A program made the position numbers and the translations under genes. The notes under the pieces are model-generated. The model was not told the origin of the DNA. It saw nothing but the letters and a program-made list of their open reading frames with translations, and made no database searches. A stretch of 64,000 nt of DNA from Candidatus Velthaea sp. (GTDB lineage Bacteria; Vulcanimicrobiota; Vulcanimicrobiia; Vulcanimicrobiales; Vulcanimicrobiaceae): contig JBEKHC010000010.1 of the NCBI GenBank assembly GCA_050012475.1, forward strand, positions 1 to 64,000, read 5' to 3'. Below are positions 9,645 through 21,091 of the stretch, one piece after another (positions within the stretch are counted from its first letter, which is position 1; the number at the start of each line of letters is the position of its first letter).

Positions 9645-10589
9645 CTAGCTGGGAACCAGTTCCGTCGTGCCCGACGTGGTCACGCTCAGGAACGCTTCGT
9701 TGAGCCGGCCTTCGTAATAGAAGATCGCACGGCCGAGCTCCGAGGCATCCCACTGGATCGTCGGACGGTCGGGGAAGTAGGCGTAGCCGCCGGAAAAGAC
9801 CTCGTTGCGATTGCCGGACGGATCGAAGAAGTAAATCGTGTAGCCGCGCGTGATTCCGTGCCGGGTCGGCCCGATGTCCAGCGCGATCTTCTTCTTGGCG
9901 ATAATGTCGGCCGCGGTCTTGACGTCTTCCCACGACTCCAAAAAGAATGCGACGTGGTGAAAGCGCGTCTCGGGTGCGCTCACGAACGCGATGTCGTGCG
10001 ACTTGTTGGCGCAGGCGAGCCAAACGGCGATCTGGGCGCCGTCTTCGGTGACGACTTCTTCGGTGACGCCGAACCCGAGCACGTCTTTGAACAACCGCGT
10101 CGTTTCCGCAACGTTCGGCCCATACAGCAAGCCGTGATCCAGTCGGCACGGTTTCATGCCGCGCAGCCCGTCGGGCCACACGTCGGGATTCCGGGTCGGC
10201 AACCCGTTGCCGACGATCTCGGCGTGAGCGTAGAGTTCGATGCGATGTCCGGTCGGAATCACGAACGAGATGCGCCGCCCGATGCCGGGCTGGTCGCCCG
10301 CGGCGATGTGGGTCACCCCGATCGCCCGTTCCCGCAACTCGCCTTCGATGCGGTCCAGATCCGCGTCATTGCGGACCTTGAACGCGAAATGATCGAGTCC
10401 CGGATCGTCGGACTCACGCAAGATGAGCGAATGGTGATCGAACTCGTCCCACGCTTTGAGATACACCCGGTTGGCGTCGCGGCAGACTTCCTGCAGCCCG
10501 ATGTATTCGGTATAGTGGCGCAGCGCCGCAGCCATATCCATGACGCGCAGTTGGACTTGCCCGACGCGCATCACACCTTCGATAGCCAT
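9645..10589 (-). CDS. xylE: Catechol 2,3-dioxygenase, copy A
   Basis: YLKAWDEFDHHS, RLDH, HDIAF, HHVAF, GPTRHGIT.G.TIYFFDPSGNRNE. Confidence 0.96.
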   Translation of the reverse strand: MAIEGVMRVGQVQLRVMDMAAALRHYTEYIGLQEVCRDANRVYLKAWDEFDHHSLILRESDDPGLDHFAFKVRNDADLDRIEGELRERAIGVTHIAAGDQPGIGRRISFVIPTGHRIELYAHAEIVGNGLPTRNPDVWPDGLRGMKPCRLDHGLLYGPNVAETTRLFKDVLGFGVTEEVVTEDGAQIAVWLACANKSHDIAFVSAPETRFHHVAFFLESWEDVKTAADIIAKKKIALDIGPTRHGITRGYTIYFFDPSGNRNEVFSGGYAYFPDRPTIQWDASELGRAIFYYEGRLNEAFLSVTTSGTTELVPS

Positions 10590-10628
10590 GAGACCTCCAT
10601 TACGTAAGGATTGATGAGGGCGCCGTTT

Positions 10629-10799
10629 TCAAACCGACCGGCGCAGGTTCGACGGTAAGATCGCCGGTTCACCGCCGGCTACGCGTTGTTTGATCGCCGC
10701 GTTGAGAGCGTCTTGGTGGGGCGCACGAGTGATATCACGATCGGCGCCGGCGGGGCGGATGCGGAACATTTGCGCAGTAGGAAAGAGGTTGACGCTCAA
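10629..10799 (-). pseudogene. Decayed copy of the XylT/DmpQ ferredoxin
   Basis: FRIRPAGADRDITRAPHQDALNAA aligns to YRIRIMGADREINCAADQDILNAA of 16143-16514; the Cys cluster ligands are lost. Confidence 0.75.
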
Positions 10800-10884
10800 A
10801 AGCTCACGTTGCCCCACGGTGGGTTTGGGTGAAGGCGACTCGGCTGACCGCGGAAGAAGGTTCCACGACCTATCTCCGTGGACG

Positions 10885-11024
10885 TATTTTCATCCCAAAA
10901 ACATCGTTTGTCAATATAAATATCGATATTTTTTGAGAATATCGCTGCTCCGTGACGGGCGTCTCACAACCTCCGGAGCAATCCAGAAGCGGGAGTCTGG
11001 GGTCAGCCGAAAACATCGATATTT
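10885..11024. promoter_or_regulatory. AT-rich promoter/operator, copy A, with palindrome AAATATCGATATTT
   Basis: Perfect 14-bp palindrome at 10918-10931; related AAAACATCGATATTT at 11010-11024; near-identical block at 16600-16664. Confidence 0.7.
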
Positions 11025-11138
11025 GAATTTGAGGACACGTTTCAATTGAACGCCCGAGCGGCAGCAAGATACCGCAGAGCAGGGCGACCGCGAAGGCCGA
11101 GCCCGCCGGCGCGCGGCGAACGAGCCCTCGATGAATCG

Positions 11139-13469
<2,331 letters not shown>

Positions 13470-13556
13470 AACTCTTCGGCGCGCCGCATCGCGCGAAGCG
13501 GTTTTTGCGGTCAACGGCGAGACAATCGCGCAGCCCGCAGCGCCGGTGGATAGCGC

Positions 13557-14411
13557 TTAGTCGATGGTCAGGAAATCGCGGGTGAGCCGGCTGAACTCCG
13601 CCGCGTGCTCGATCTGGGTCCAATGTCCGCACGCGCCGAACACGTGCAGCTGAGCATCGGGAATCTTCTGCAGCAGTTTGAGGCTGGTCGACAGCGGGAT
13701 GATGCGGTCGTCGCGGCCGTGGAAGATCAGCGTGCGCGCGCGGATCGCATCGAGCCGATCCTCGAAGGCGGCGAGACCGTCGACGCCATTCTGGCGCGGC
13801 GCCGGGAACATGCTGCTGAACGCTTCTTGGACGCCCGGACGCAGCGCGGCCTTATAGCGCAGCTGCGCCAACTCGTCGGTCGCCAACGCCTTGTCGGAGA
13901 CGAAGAGATCGATCAGCCGGCGCATGTTCTCGACGCTGGGCGTATAGCCCCAGGCAAAATCCAGCCCGGTGCCTTCGACGATCGGGAAGCGCACGCCGCA
14001 CGGCCCCATGAGCACGAGCCGGTCGACGCGTGCAGGATGTTCGACGGCCGCCGCAATCGCGACGGCGGCGCCCATCGAGTTGCCGACGAGATGCGCGCGC
14101 TCGAGGCCGGCGGCGTCCATGAAGTCGAGCAGATGCTTCGTCCAGCGCGCGAGCGTGTACGGTTCATCGCTGGGTAAATCGCTGTAGCCGAAGCCGACCT
14201 GATCGTAAGCGAAAACGTGGAGTTTTTCGGCGAGCACGGGGATCGTCAGCCGCCAATTCGCGTAGGCCGACACGCCGGGGCCCGAACCATGGATGAGCAC
14301 GACCGGCGCGCCCGCGCCGGCTTCGAGGTAGTTGGTGTTGACCGGCCCGGCGAGCACGGATTTGCCGATTTCCGGCGAGCGCGGCTGAGCGGCCGTCGAT
14401 GATGACGTCAT
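13557..14411 (-). CDS. dmpD: 2-hydroxymuconic semialdehyde hydrolase (alpha/beta C-C hydrolase)
   Basis: HGSGPGVSAYANWR, GNSMG nucleophile elbow, HGRDD, CGHWTQIEH. Confidence 0.9.
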   Translation of the reverse strand: MTSSSTAAQPRSPEIGKSVLAGPVNTNYLEAGAGAPVVLIHGSGPGVSAYANWRLTIPVLAEKLHVFAYDQVGFGYSDLPSDEPYTLARWTKHLLDFMDAAGLERAHLVGNSMGAAVAIAAAVEHPARVDRLVLMGPCGVRFPIVEGTGLDFAWGYTPSVENMRRLIDLFVSDKALATDELAQLRYKAALRPGVQEAFSSMFPAPRQNGVDGLAAFEDRLDAIRARTLIFHGRDDRIIPLSTSLKLLQKIPDAQLHVFGACGHWTQIEHAAEFSRLTRDFLTID

Positions 14412-14448
14412 GGATTCGCTTTTGGCCTTTCCGTCTTTCGACCGGCGG

Positions 14449-15198
14449 TCAGTACGTCGCGCGGCCGCCCGAGACGTCGAAGACGGCGCCGGTGCTGAAC
14501 GAGCATTCCGCACTCGCCAGCCAGCACACCAGTGCCGCGATCTCTTCGATCTGGCCGAAGCGGCCGATGGGGATTTTCGAGAGCATGAAATCGATGTGTT
14601 CTTGCGTCATCTGATCGAAAATCGCGGTGCGCACGGCGGCCGGCGTCACGCAGTTGACGCGGATCTCGGTCTTCGCAAGTTCCTTGCCCAGCGATTTCGT
14701 CAAGCCGATGACGGCCGCTTTCGAAGCGCTGTAAGCGGAGGCGTTGGGATTCCCTTCCTTCCCCGCCACCGATGCGATGTTGACGATTCGCCCGTAGCCG
14801 TTGCGCAGCAGGTGCGGAACGACGGCCCGATTGCAGTAGAATACGCCGTTCAAGTTCACGTCGATGACGCGCTGCCACTCCCGCACGGGATACTCCCAGA
14901 GCGGCGCGTTCGGCCCGGTGATCCCGGCGCTGGCGACGAGGATGTCGAGCTTGCCGAACGCGGCCGCCGTCGTGTCGGCGGCGGCGGCGACGGCTTCGGC
15001 ATCGGCGATGTCGACGACGGCGTGATGGGCAGCACCCGTTGCCGCGGCAGCCTCCGCAAGCGCACCGGCGTCGCGATCCCACAGGCTGACGGCCGCGCCT
15101 TCGCTCACTAAGCGCGCGGCGATCGCGCGCCCGATGCCCGCGGCGCCGCCCGTGACGATCGCATGCCGCCCGGCAAAGCGCGGAGCTTCATTCACCAC
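14449..15198 (-). CDS. Short-chain dehydrogenase resembling 2-keto-3-deoxy-L-rhamnonate 4-dehydrogenase (LRA5-type)
   Basis: TGGAAGIG, YSASK catalytic motif; ASVAGKEGNPNASAYSASK and FDVSGGRATY recalled as typical of this subfamily. Confidence 0.8.
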   Translation of the reverse strand: MVNEAPRFAGRHAIVTGGAAGIGRAIAARLVSEGAAVSLWDRDAGALAEAAAATGAAHHAVVDIADAEAVAAAADTTAAAFGKLDILVASAGITGPNAPLWEYPVREWQRVIDVNLNGVFYCNRAVVPHLLRNGYGRIVNIASVAGKEGNPNASAYSASKAAVIGLTKSLGKELAKTEIRVNCVTPAAVRTAIFDQMTQEHIDFMLSKIPIGRFGQIEEIAALVCWLASAECSFSTGAVFDVSGGRATY

Positions 15199-15216
15199 AA
15201 CCGTGTTCCCCGCAAG

Positions 15217-16161
15217 CTACTTCGCGACGAGTTCCGCCGCGCCCGAGGTCGTAACCCCCAGGAACGCTTCGTTGAGCCGGCCTTCGTAGTAGAAGATTGC
15301 GCGGCCCAGCTCCGCGGCATCCCACTGGATCGTCGGACGGTCGGGGAAGTAGGCGTAGCCGCCGGAGTAGACTTCGTTGCGGTTGCCCGACGGATCGAAG
15401 AAATAGATCGTGTAGCCGCGCGTGATTCCGTGCCGGGTCGGCCCGATGTCCAGCGCGATCTTCTTCTTGGCGATGATGTCGGCCGCGGTCTTGACGTCTT
15501 CCCACGACTCCAAAAAGAACGCGACGTGGTGGAAACGGGTCTCGGGCGCATTCACGAACGCGATGTCGTGCGATTTGTTGGCGCACGTCAGCCAGACGGC
15601 GATCTGCGCGCCGTCTTCGGTGATGACTTCCTCGGCGACGCCGAAGCCGAGCACTTCTTTGAACAGCCGCGTCGTCTCGGGCACATTCGGCCCGTAGAGC
15701 AAGCCGTGATCGAGACGCGTCGGTTTCATGCCGCGCAGCCCGTCGGGCCACACGTCGGGGTTCTTGAGCGGCAAGCCGTTGCCGACCAGATCGGCATGCG
15801 CGTAGAGTTCGATCCGGTGGCCGGTCGGGATCAAGAACGAGATGCGCCGGCCGATACCAGGCTGATCGCCCGCGGGGATATGGGTGACGCCGATGGCGCG
15901 TTCGGCCAGTTCGCCTTCGATGCGATCGAGGTCCGACTCGTTGCGCACTTTGAATGCGAAATGATCCAAACCGGGATCGTCGGACTCACGCAAGATGAGC
16001 GAATGATGATCGAACTCGTCCCAGGCTTTGAGATACACCCGGTTGGCGTCGCGCGCAACTTCTTGCAGGCCGATGTATTCGGTATAGTGGCGCACCGCGG
16101 CTTCCATGTCCATCACGCGCAGCTGGACTTGCCCGACGCGCATCACACCTTCGATTGCCAT
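15217..16161 (-). CDS. xylE: Catechol 2,3-dioxygenase, copy B
   Basis: Same motifs and length (314 aa) as copy A. Confidence 0.96.
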   Translation of the reverse strand: MAIEGVMRVGQVQLRVMDMEAAVRHYTEYIGLQEVARDANRVYLKAWDEFDHHSLILRESDDPGLDHFAFKVRNESDLDRIEGELAERAIGVTHIPAGDQPGIGRRISFLIPTGHRIELYAHADLVGNGLPLKNPDVWPDGLRGMKPTRLDHGLLYGPNVPETTRLFKEVLGFGVAEEVITEDGAQIAVWLTCANKSHDIAFVNAPETRFHHVAFFLESWEDVKTAADIIAKKKIALDIGPTRHGITRGYTIYFFDPSGNRNEVYSGGYAYFPDRPTIQWDAAELGRAIFYYEGRLNEAFLGVTTSGAAELVAK

Positions 16162-16514
16162 GAGATCCTCCGTTGTTCGCTAAGTGGTGACGGCGCCGTC
16201 TTCACGCCGACCGGCGCGGGTTCGAGGATGAGGTCGCTCACCGGATAGATGCGGCAGGCCAGCGCGTATCGCTCACCGTTTTCACCCGCCGCGACGTGCT
16301 GTTTGGCCATTTTGCCGGCGACGTAGTCGCCGCTGCGCACGATCACGCGGCAAACGCCGCACCCGCCGCCCCGGCAACCGACCTTGAGCCAGTTGTGGCC
16401 GGCCCGGACCGCGGCGTTGAGGATGTCCTGGTCGGCGGCGCAGTTGATTTCGCGATCCGCACCCATGATGCGGATGCGGTACGATCGCGGAGCAGGGGTT
16501 GAGTCGACGTTCAA
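16143..16514 (-). CDS. dmpQ: Plant-type 2Fe-2S ferredoxin (XylT/DmpQ, dioxygenase reactivator)
   Basis: VGCRGGGCGVC...LACR; TTG start after TAGGAG; directly upstream of the dioxygenase. Confidence 0.88.
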   Translation of the reverse strand: MNVDSTPAPRSYRIRIMGADREINCAADQDILNAAVRAGHNWLKVGCRGGGCGVCRVIVRSGDYVAGKMAKQHVAAGENGERYALACRIYPVSDLILEPAPVGVKTAPSPLSEQRRISWQSKV

Positions 16515-16599
16515 AAGCTGACGTCTCCTACGGGGGCGTAGTTCAGAAGGGCAGCCGGCAAGTGCTTGGAAGAATGTTCCGTTCGCCCGCCGGCGTGAG

Positions 16600-16664
16600 C
16601 GTATTTTCGTCCCAAAAACATCGTTTGTCAAGATAAAAATCGATATTTTTTACGAATATCGCTG
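16600..16664. promoter_or_regulatory. Divergent promoter/operator, copy B (AAAAATCGATATTT)
   Basis: Lies between the ferredoxin and GntR starts; near-identical to 10885-10947. Confidence 0.7.
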
Positions 16665-16699
16665 AATGTGATCCGGATTCCGCCGGAGAACATCGTGAT

Positions 16700-17410
16700 G
16701 TGCGATCGCAGGCCGACGTCGACCCTCCAAAGACGCTGAGCGATGAGGCATACCGGCGTATACGCGACGATCTGATCGCCGGCCGCCTGGTGCCCGGCTC
16801 GCGTTTGCGCGTCGAGCGGCTCAAAGCGGACTACGATATCGGCGCGAGCCCCCTGCGCGAAGCCCTCTCGCGACTGGCCTCCGAAGGCCTCGTCACGGCC
16901 GAAGGGCAGCGCGGCTTTCGCGCCAGCGAATTGTCGCTCAGCGATCTCGAGGACATCACGCGGATGCGGATCTTCCTCGAAGTCCAGGCGATCGAAGAGA
17001 GCGTCGCGCGCGGCGACGACGCGTGGGAAGCGCGCGTGGTTGCCGCCCACCACCATCTGGCCAAAGCCGAGCCGCGCAACGCCGCGACGTCGAACGTCAA
17101 CTTCGACGATTGGGAACAGCGCAACCGCGCCTTTCACGACTCGCTCGTCGCGGCGTGCACCTCGCGCTGGCTGCTGCACTTTCGCGAAGTCATTTACGAT
17201 CAGCACCAGCGCTATCGGCGTATCGCGATCAGCCACCCGGAGATTCCGCGCGACGTACGCGACGAACATCGGCTGATCTTTGAGGCCGCGCTGTCGCGCG
17301 ACATTCCGCACGTCACGCAACTCTCGGCGGTGCACATCCAGCGCACGAGCGACCTGGTTCGCGAACTTTTGCGCAAGGCGGACGGTTTCGCTCGCTCTGT
17401 CTCCGCTTAA
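16700..17410 (+). CDS. GntR/FCD-family transcriptional regulator
   Basis: G.L.PGSRL, ASPLREALSRLASEGLV, QRGFR; FCD domain NRAFH and EH..I. Confidence 0.93.
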   Translation: MRSQADVDPPKTLSDEAYRRIRDDLIAGRLVPGSRLRVERLKADYDIGASPLREALSRLASEGLVTAEGQRGFRASELSLSDLEDITRMRIFLEVQAIEESVARGDDAWEARVVAAHHHLAKAEPRNAATSNVNFDDWEQRNRAFHDSLVAACTSRWLLHFREVIYDQHQRYRRIAISHPEIPRDVRDEHRLIFEAALSRDIPHVTQLSAVHIQRTSDLVRELLRKADGFARSVSA

Positions 17411-17464
17411 CCGCTTGGGTGACTGACCAGGAGCCGCGCATCGCACGAGCGATGTACTGTTGGC

Positions 17465-17779
17465 ATGGTCGATGTCTTGGATGCGATCGAGTCTTGGCGC
17501 AAAGCCGGTCAGCGGGTTGCCGTCGCGACGGTCGTGGGCGTCGAGAAGTCGGCTCCGCGCGGCCCGGGCGCCGTGCTCGCCGTGAACGAGCGCGGCGATG
17601 TCGCGGGCTCCGTCAGCGGCGGCTGCGTCGAGGCCGCCGTTTACCAGGAAGCGCAAGACGCGATTGCGACCGGACGCGCGCGGCTGGTCGTGTACGGCAT
17701 CAGCGATGCCGACGCGATCTCCGTCGGACTGACCTGCGGCGGGACGATCCACGTGTTCGTCGAGCGCCTGGACTGGTGA
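17465..17779 (+). CDS. XdhC/CoxI family, N-terminal part
   Basis: SAPRGPGA, GSVSGGCVE, GLTCGG. Confidence 0.9.
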   Translation: MVDVLDAIESWRKAGQRVAVATVVGVEKSAPRGPGAVLAVNERGDVAGSVSGGCVEAAVYQEAQDAIATGRARLVVYGISDADAISVGLTCGGTIHVFVERLDW

Positions 17780-18579
17780 TCTTCGACCGGCTTGCCGCGG
17801 CGATTCGAGCGGACCGGCCGGTCGCGCTGGTCACGCGCCTCGACGGTTCGGCCGCCGGCGCGAAACTGCTCGTCTTCGCCGACGACGCGGAAGGCGACAT
17901 GGGCAGACCCGGACTGACGCATGCCGCCACGCAGGAGGCCCGTGCCTTGCTCGCCGCAGGCGAGACGACGATCCGAACCTTCGGCGCCGACGGCGAGCCG
18001 GTCGGCATGGAGGTGCAACTCTTCATCCAGGCGTTCGCACCGAAACCCGCGATGTACATTTTCGGCGCGATCGATTTTTCACGCGCCATGGCGCGCATCG
18101 GCAAGTATCTGGGCTACTGCGTGACCGTCGTCGATGCGCGGCCGATTTTCGCGACCAAGGCGCGCATTCCGGATGCCGACCGGGTGGTGGTTTCGTGGCC
18201 CGATGAATTCCTGGCCGGGGCAGCCGTCGACGAACGCACCGCGCTGATCGTGCTCACGCACGACGTCAAATTCGACATCCCGCTGCTGCAAGTCGCCTTG
18301 CAGACGCCGGCGGGATACATCGGGGCGATGGGCAGCCGGCGCACGCACGCCAACCGGATCGGCGAACTGCGCCGCGCCGGCGTCAGTGACGCGCAAATCG
18401 CACGGATCAACGCGCCGATCGGTCTCGATCTGGGGGCGCGCACGCCCGAAGAAACCGCGATCTCGATTGCCGCCGAAATCATTGCCTTGCGCGAGCGCCG
18501 GCGCGGCGGCCGCCTAGCCGAGAACGACTTGCCGGTGCATAACCCGCAGGCGCCCGTCGTTTTGGCCAAGCGCCTCTGA
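17776..18579 (+). CDS. XdhC family, C-terminal Rossmann part
   Basis: IFGAIDF, VLTHD.KFD, YIGAMGSR, PIGLDLGARTPEETAISI; GTGA overlap. Confidence 0.9.
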   Translation: MIFDRLAAAIRADRPVALVTRLDGSAAGAKLLVFADDAEGDMGRPGLTHAATQEARALLAAGETTIRTFGADGEPVGMEVQLFIQAFAPKPAMYIFGAIDFSRAMARIGKYLGYCVTVVDARPIFATKARIPDADRVVVSWPDEFLAGAAVDERTALIVLTHDVKFDIPLLQVALQTPAGYIGAMGSRRTHANRIGELRRAGVSDAQIARINAPIGLDLGARTPEETAISIAAEIIALRERRRGGRLAENDLPVHNPQAPVVLAKRL

Positions 18580-20237
18580 TCACCGGCGGACGGCTGTTGG
18601 TCGATGCGTTGATCGCCAACGGCGTGCAGCGCGCGTTTTGCGTTCCGGGCGAAAGCTATCTGCCGGTGCTCGATGCCCTCTACGACGTCCAAGACCGTTT
18701 GCCGCTCATCGTTTGCCGCCACGAAAACGGCGCGGCCAACATGGCCGAAGCATACGGCAAGCTCACCGGACGGCCGGGTATCGCGTTCGTGACCCGCGGA
18801 CCGGGTGCAAGCAATGCGAGCATCGGGGTGCACACCGCGAAGCAAGACGCCACGCCGATGATTCTGTTCATCGGTCAGGTCGCGAGCGCGCTGCGCGGCC
18901 GCGAAGCGTTTCAAGAAGTCGACCTGGTCGCGATGTTCGCGCCGCTGGCAAAATGGAGCGCTCAGATCGATGCCGCCGACCGGATACCGGAGTTCGTCGC
19001 GCGGGCCTTCGTCACCGCGACGTCCGGGCTGCCCGGTCCCGTCGTGCTCGCTCTGCCTGAAGACGTCCTGGCGGCGCAAGTGAACGGATCCGCGTGTCCG
19101 GCCGGGCCGCACGCCGCGCCGCCGCTCCACCCCGACGACGCGGCGGCGCTACGCGCCCATCTCGCGCGCGCGCAGCGGCCGCTGGTGATCGCGGGCGGCG
19201 GCCCGTGGAGCGCTGCCGCGGCCGCCGACCTCGCTGCGTTCGCGTCCAGCAACGCTTTGCCAGTGGCCGTCGAGTTTCGTTGTCAGGATTTCATTGACAA
19301 CGATCACCCGTCGTATGCCGGCGTGCTGGGCTTGGGCACGCAGCCAGCGCTGGCCACCCTGGCGCGGGAAGCCGATGTGATCTTGGCGCTAGGCGCGCGC
19401 TTGGGCGAAGTCGTCACGCAAGGTTATACGCTGCTGCACGTACCGCAACCACGCGCCCGCGTTCTCACGGTGGGGATCGACGCCGCTGAAATCGGCCGCG
19501 TCTACCAACCCGCCTATGCCGCGATTGCCGACCCGTGCGATGCGGCAGCGCGCCTGCGCGACGCCGAGCCGATCGCCGATCCGGTGTGGGCACCGCGCAC
19601 GCAAGCGGCGCACGCCGCACTGTTGGAATCGCGCACGGCGGTGTCCGCCTCCGGCAGCGGCGTCGACCTCGCCGAGTTCGTCGCGTTCCTGCGCGAGCGT
19701 TTGCCGGACGACGCGATCGTCGTCAACGGCGCCGGCAACTTCACGACGTGGCTGCATCGCTTCTTCACCTATCGTCGTTACGGCACCCAACTCGCGCCGC
19801 GCAGCGGTGCCATGGGCTACGGCGTCCCTGCCGCCATCGCCGCAAAATTAACCTATCCGCGGCGCACCGTGGTATGCTTCACGGGCGACGGCGACTTTCT
19901 CATGAGCGGCAACGAACTCGCCACGGCGGTGATGTACGAGGTGCCGATCGTCATCATCGTCGTCAACAACGGCATGTACGGGACGATCCGCATGCATCAG
20001 GAACGCCAGTATCCGGCGCGCGTGCTCGGTACGCATCTCGTCAACCCCGATTTCGCCGCGTACGCGCGCGCCTTCGGCGCCTATGGCGAAACGGTCGGAA
20101 CGTCGGCCGGCGTCGCGGCTGCCTTCGAGCGCGCCGTTCGCTCGGGCGGACCTGCGCTGCTCGAACTGCGCGTCGACCGCAACGCGCTCACGCCGTCGCT
20201 GACCATCAATGCGTTGCGCGCGGCCGAGCGGCCATGA
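18576..20237 (+). CDS. Thiamine pyrophosphate-dependent enzyme (acetolactate synthase-like)
   Basis: VPGESYL, CRHE, TRGPG, GDGDF...NNGMYG; start uncertain (CTG 18576 or TTG 18597). Confidence 0.9.
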   Translation: MITGGRLLVDALIANGVQRAFCVPGESYLPVLDALYDVQDRLPLIVCRHENGAANMAEAYGKLTGRPGIAFVTRGPGASNASIGVHTAKQDATPMILFIGQVASALRGREAFQEVDLVAMFAPLAKWSAQIDAADRIPEFVARAFVTATSGLPGPVVLALPEDVLAAQVNGSACPAGPHAAPPLHPDDAAALRAHLARAQRPLVIAGGGPWSAAAAADLAAFASSNALPVAVEFRCQDFIDNDHPSYAGVLGLGTQPALATLAREADVILALGARLGEVVTQGYTLLHVPQPRARVLTVGIDAAEIGRVYQPAYAAIADPCDAAARLRDAEPIADPVWAPRTQAAHAALLESRTAVSASGSGVDLAEFVAFLRERLPDDAIVVNGAGNFTTWLHRFFTYRRYGTQLAPRSGAMGYGVPAAIAAKLTYPRRTVVCFTGDGDFLMSGNELATAVMYEVPIVIIVVNNGMYGTIRMHQERQYPARVLGTHLVNPDFAAYARAFGAYGETVGTSAGVAAAFERAVRSGGPALLELRVDRNALTPSLTINALRAAERP

Positions 20238-21091
20238 ACGCCGGCGACGAACGTCCGGACCAACTGGCGTTCGTGATCTGGAAAAGCCGGGTGCTGGTGC
20301 GCTCGGCGCTCGACCCGGAGCCGCTCGTCATCTCGGGTCGCGCCTTTGCGTCAAGCGTACCGCTCGTTCCGGTCTACGACGAAGGCGGCGCGCGCATTGC
20401 CGTGTACATCCTCGAAACGGACGAGCGCGGCGCGCATGAGGCCGTCGCCGAGATCGCGCCGGCGGCGGTGTTTGCCGAAGTGATGCGCGAGCTGGGCCGT
20501 TTAGACGCAAACGAGCGAAGGGCACTCGTGCGCGCGATCGCCATCGAGCGCTGGTCGAACCGGTATCGCTATTGTCCGGTGTGCAGCACGACATTGATTT
20601 GGACGCGCGATGCCATCGCGAAGATCTGCACCAACCCGCAGCGCGTGCATCGCCATTTTCCGCGGCTCGATCCTGCGATCATCGTGCTCGTAACCGACGG
20701 CGAGCGCGCACTCCTCGGACGTTCGGCGCGCTTTCCGCCCGGCTTCTATTCGACGTTGGCCGGTTTCGTCGAGCCCGGTGAAAGCGTCGAAGCCGCGCTG
20801 CGGCGCGAAGTCTTCGAAGAGTCCGGCATTCGCGTCGGCACGACCCGCTATTTCGATTCAGAGCCGTGGCCCTTCCCCCGCTCGCTTATGCTCGGATTTT
20901 TCGCCCAGGCGCAGTCGTCGGAGATCGTTCTGCGCGACTCCGAACTCGAAGACGCCCGCTGGTTCGACGCTCGCGAGCTGGCGGCACTCCAGACGCACAT
21001 GAAAACGGAGCGGCCCTATTTCGACACGATCGCGCGGCGCTTGATCGATACGTGGCTAACGCAGCGGGAACACGGAACACTGTTTGCGTGA
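20234..21091 (+). CDS. nudC: NADH pyrophosphatase / NAD-cap decapping Nudix hydrolase
   Basis: YCPVC, FPRLDPAII, Nudix box GFVEPGES.E.A..REVFEESG, SEPWPFP. Confidence 0.88.
   Translation: MNAGDERPDQLAFVIWKSRVLVRSALDPEPLVISGRAFASSVPLVPVYDEGGARIAVYILETDERGAHEAVAEIAPAAVFAEVMRELGRLDANERRALVRAIAIERWSNRYRYCPVCSTTLIWTRDAIAKICTNPQRVHRHFPRLDPAIIVLVTDGERALLGRSARFPPGFYSTLAGFVEPGESVEAALRREVFEESGIRVGTTRYFDSEPWPFPRSLMLGFFAQAQSSEIVLRDSELEDARWFDARELAALQTHMKTERPYFDTIARRLIDTWLTQREHGTLFA

Noticed and set aside
8023..10179. 718-aa ORF suggesting an N-terminally extended aldehyde dehydrogenase
   Set aside because: The extension overlaps the dioxygenase out of frame; a good RBS and GTG at 9522 give a normal-length enzyme.
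17465..18579. Split xdhC as a frameshifted pseudogene
   Set aside because: The clean GTGA overlap and the known two-gene arrangement of XdhC/CoxI proteins argue for two real genes.
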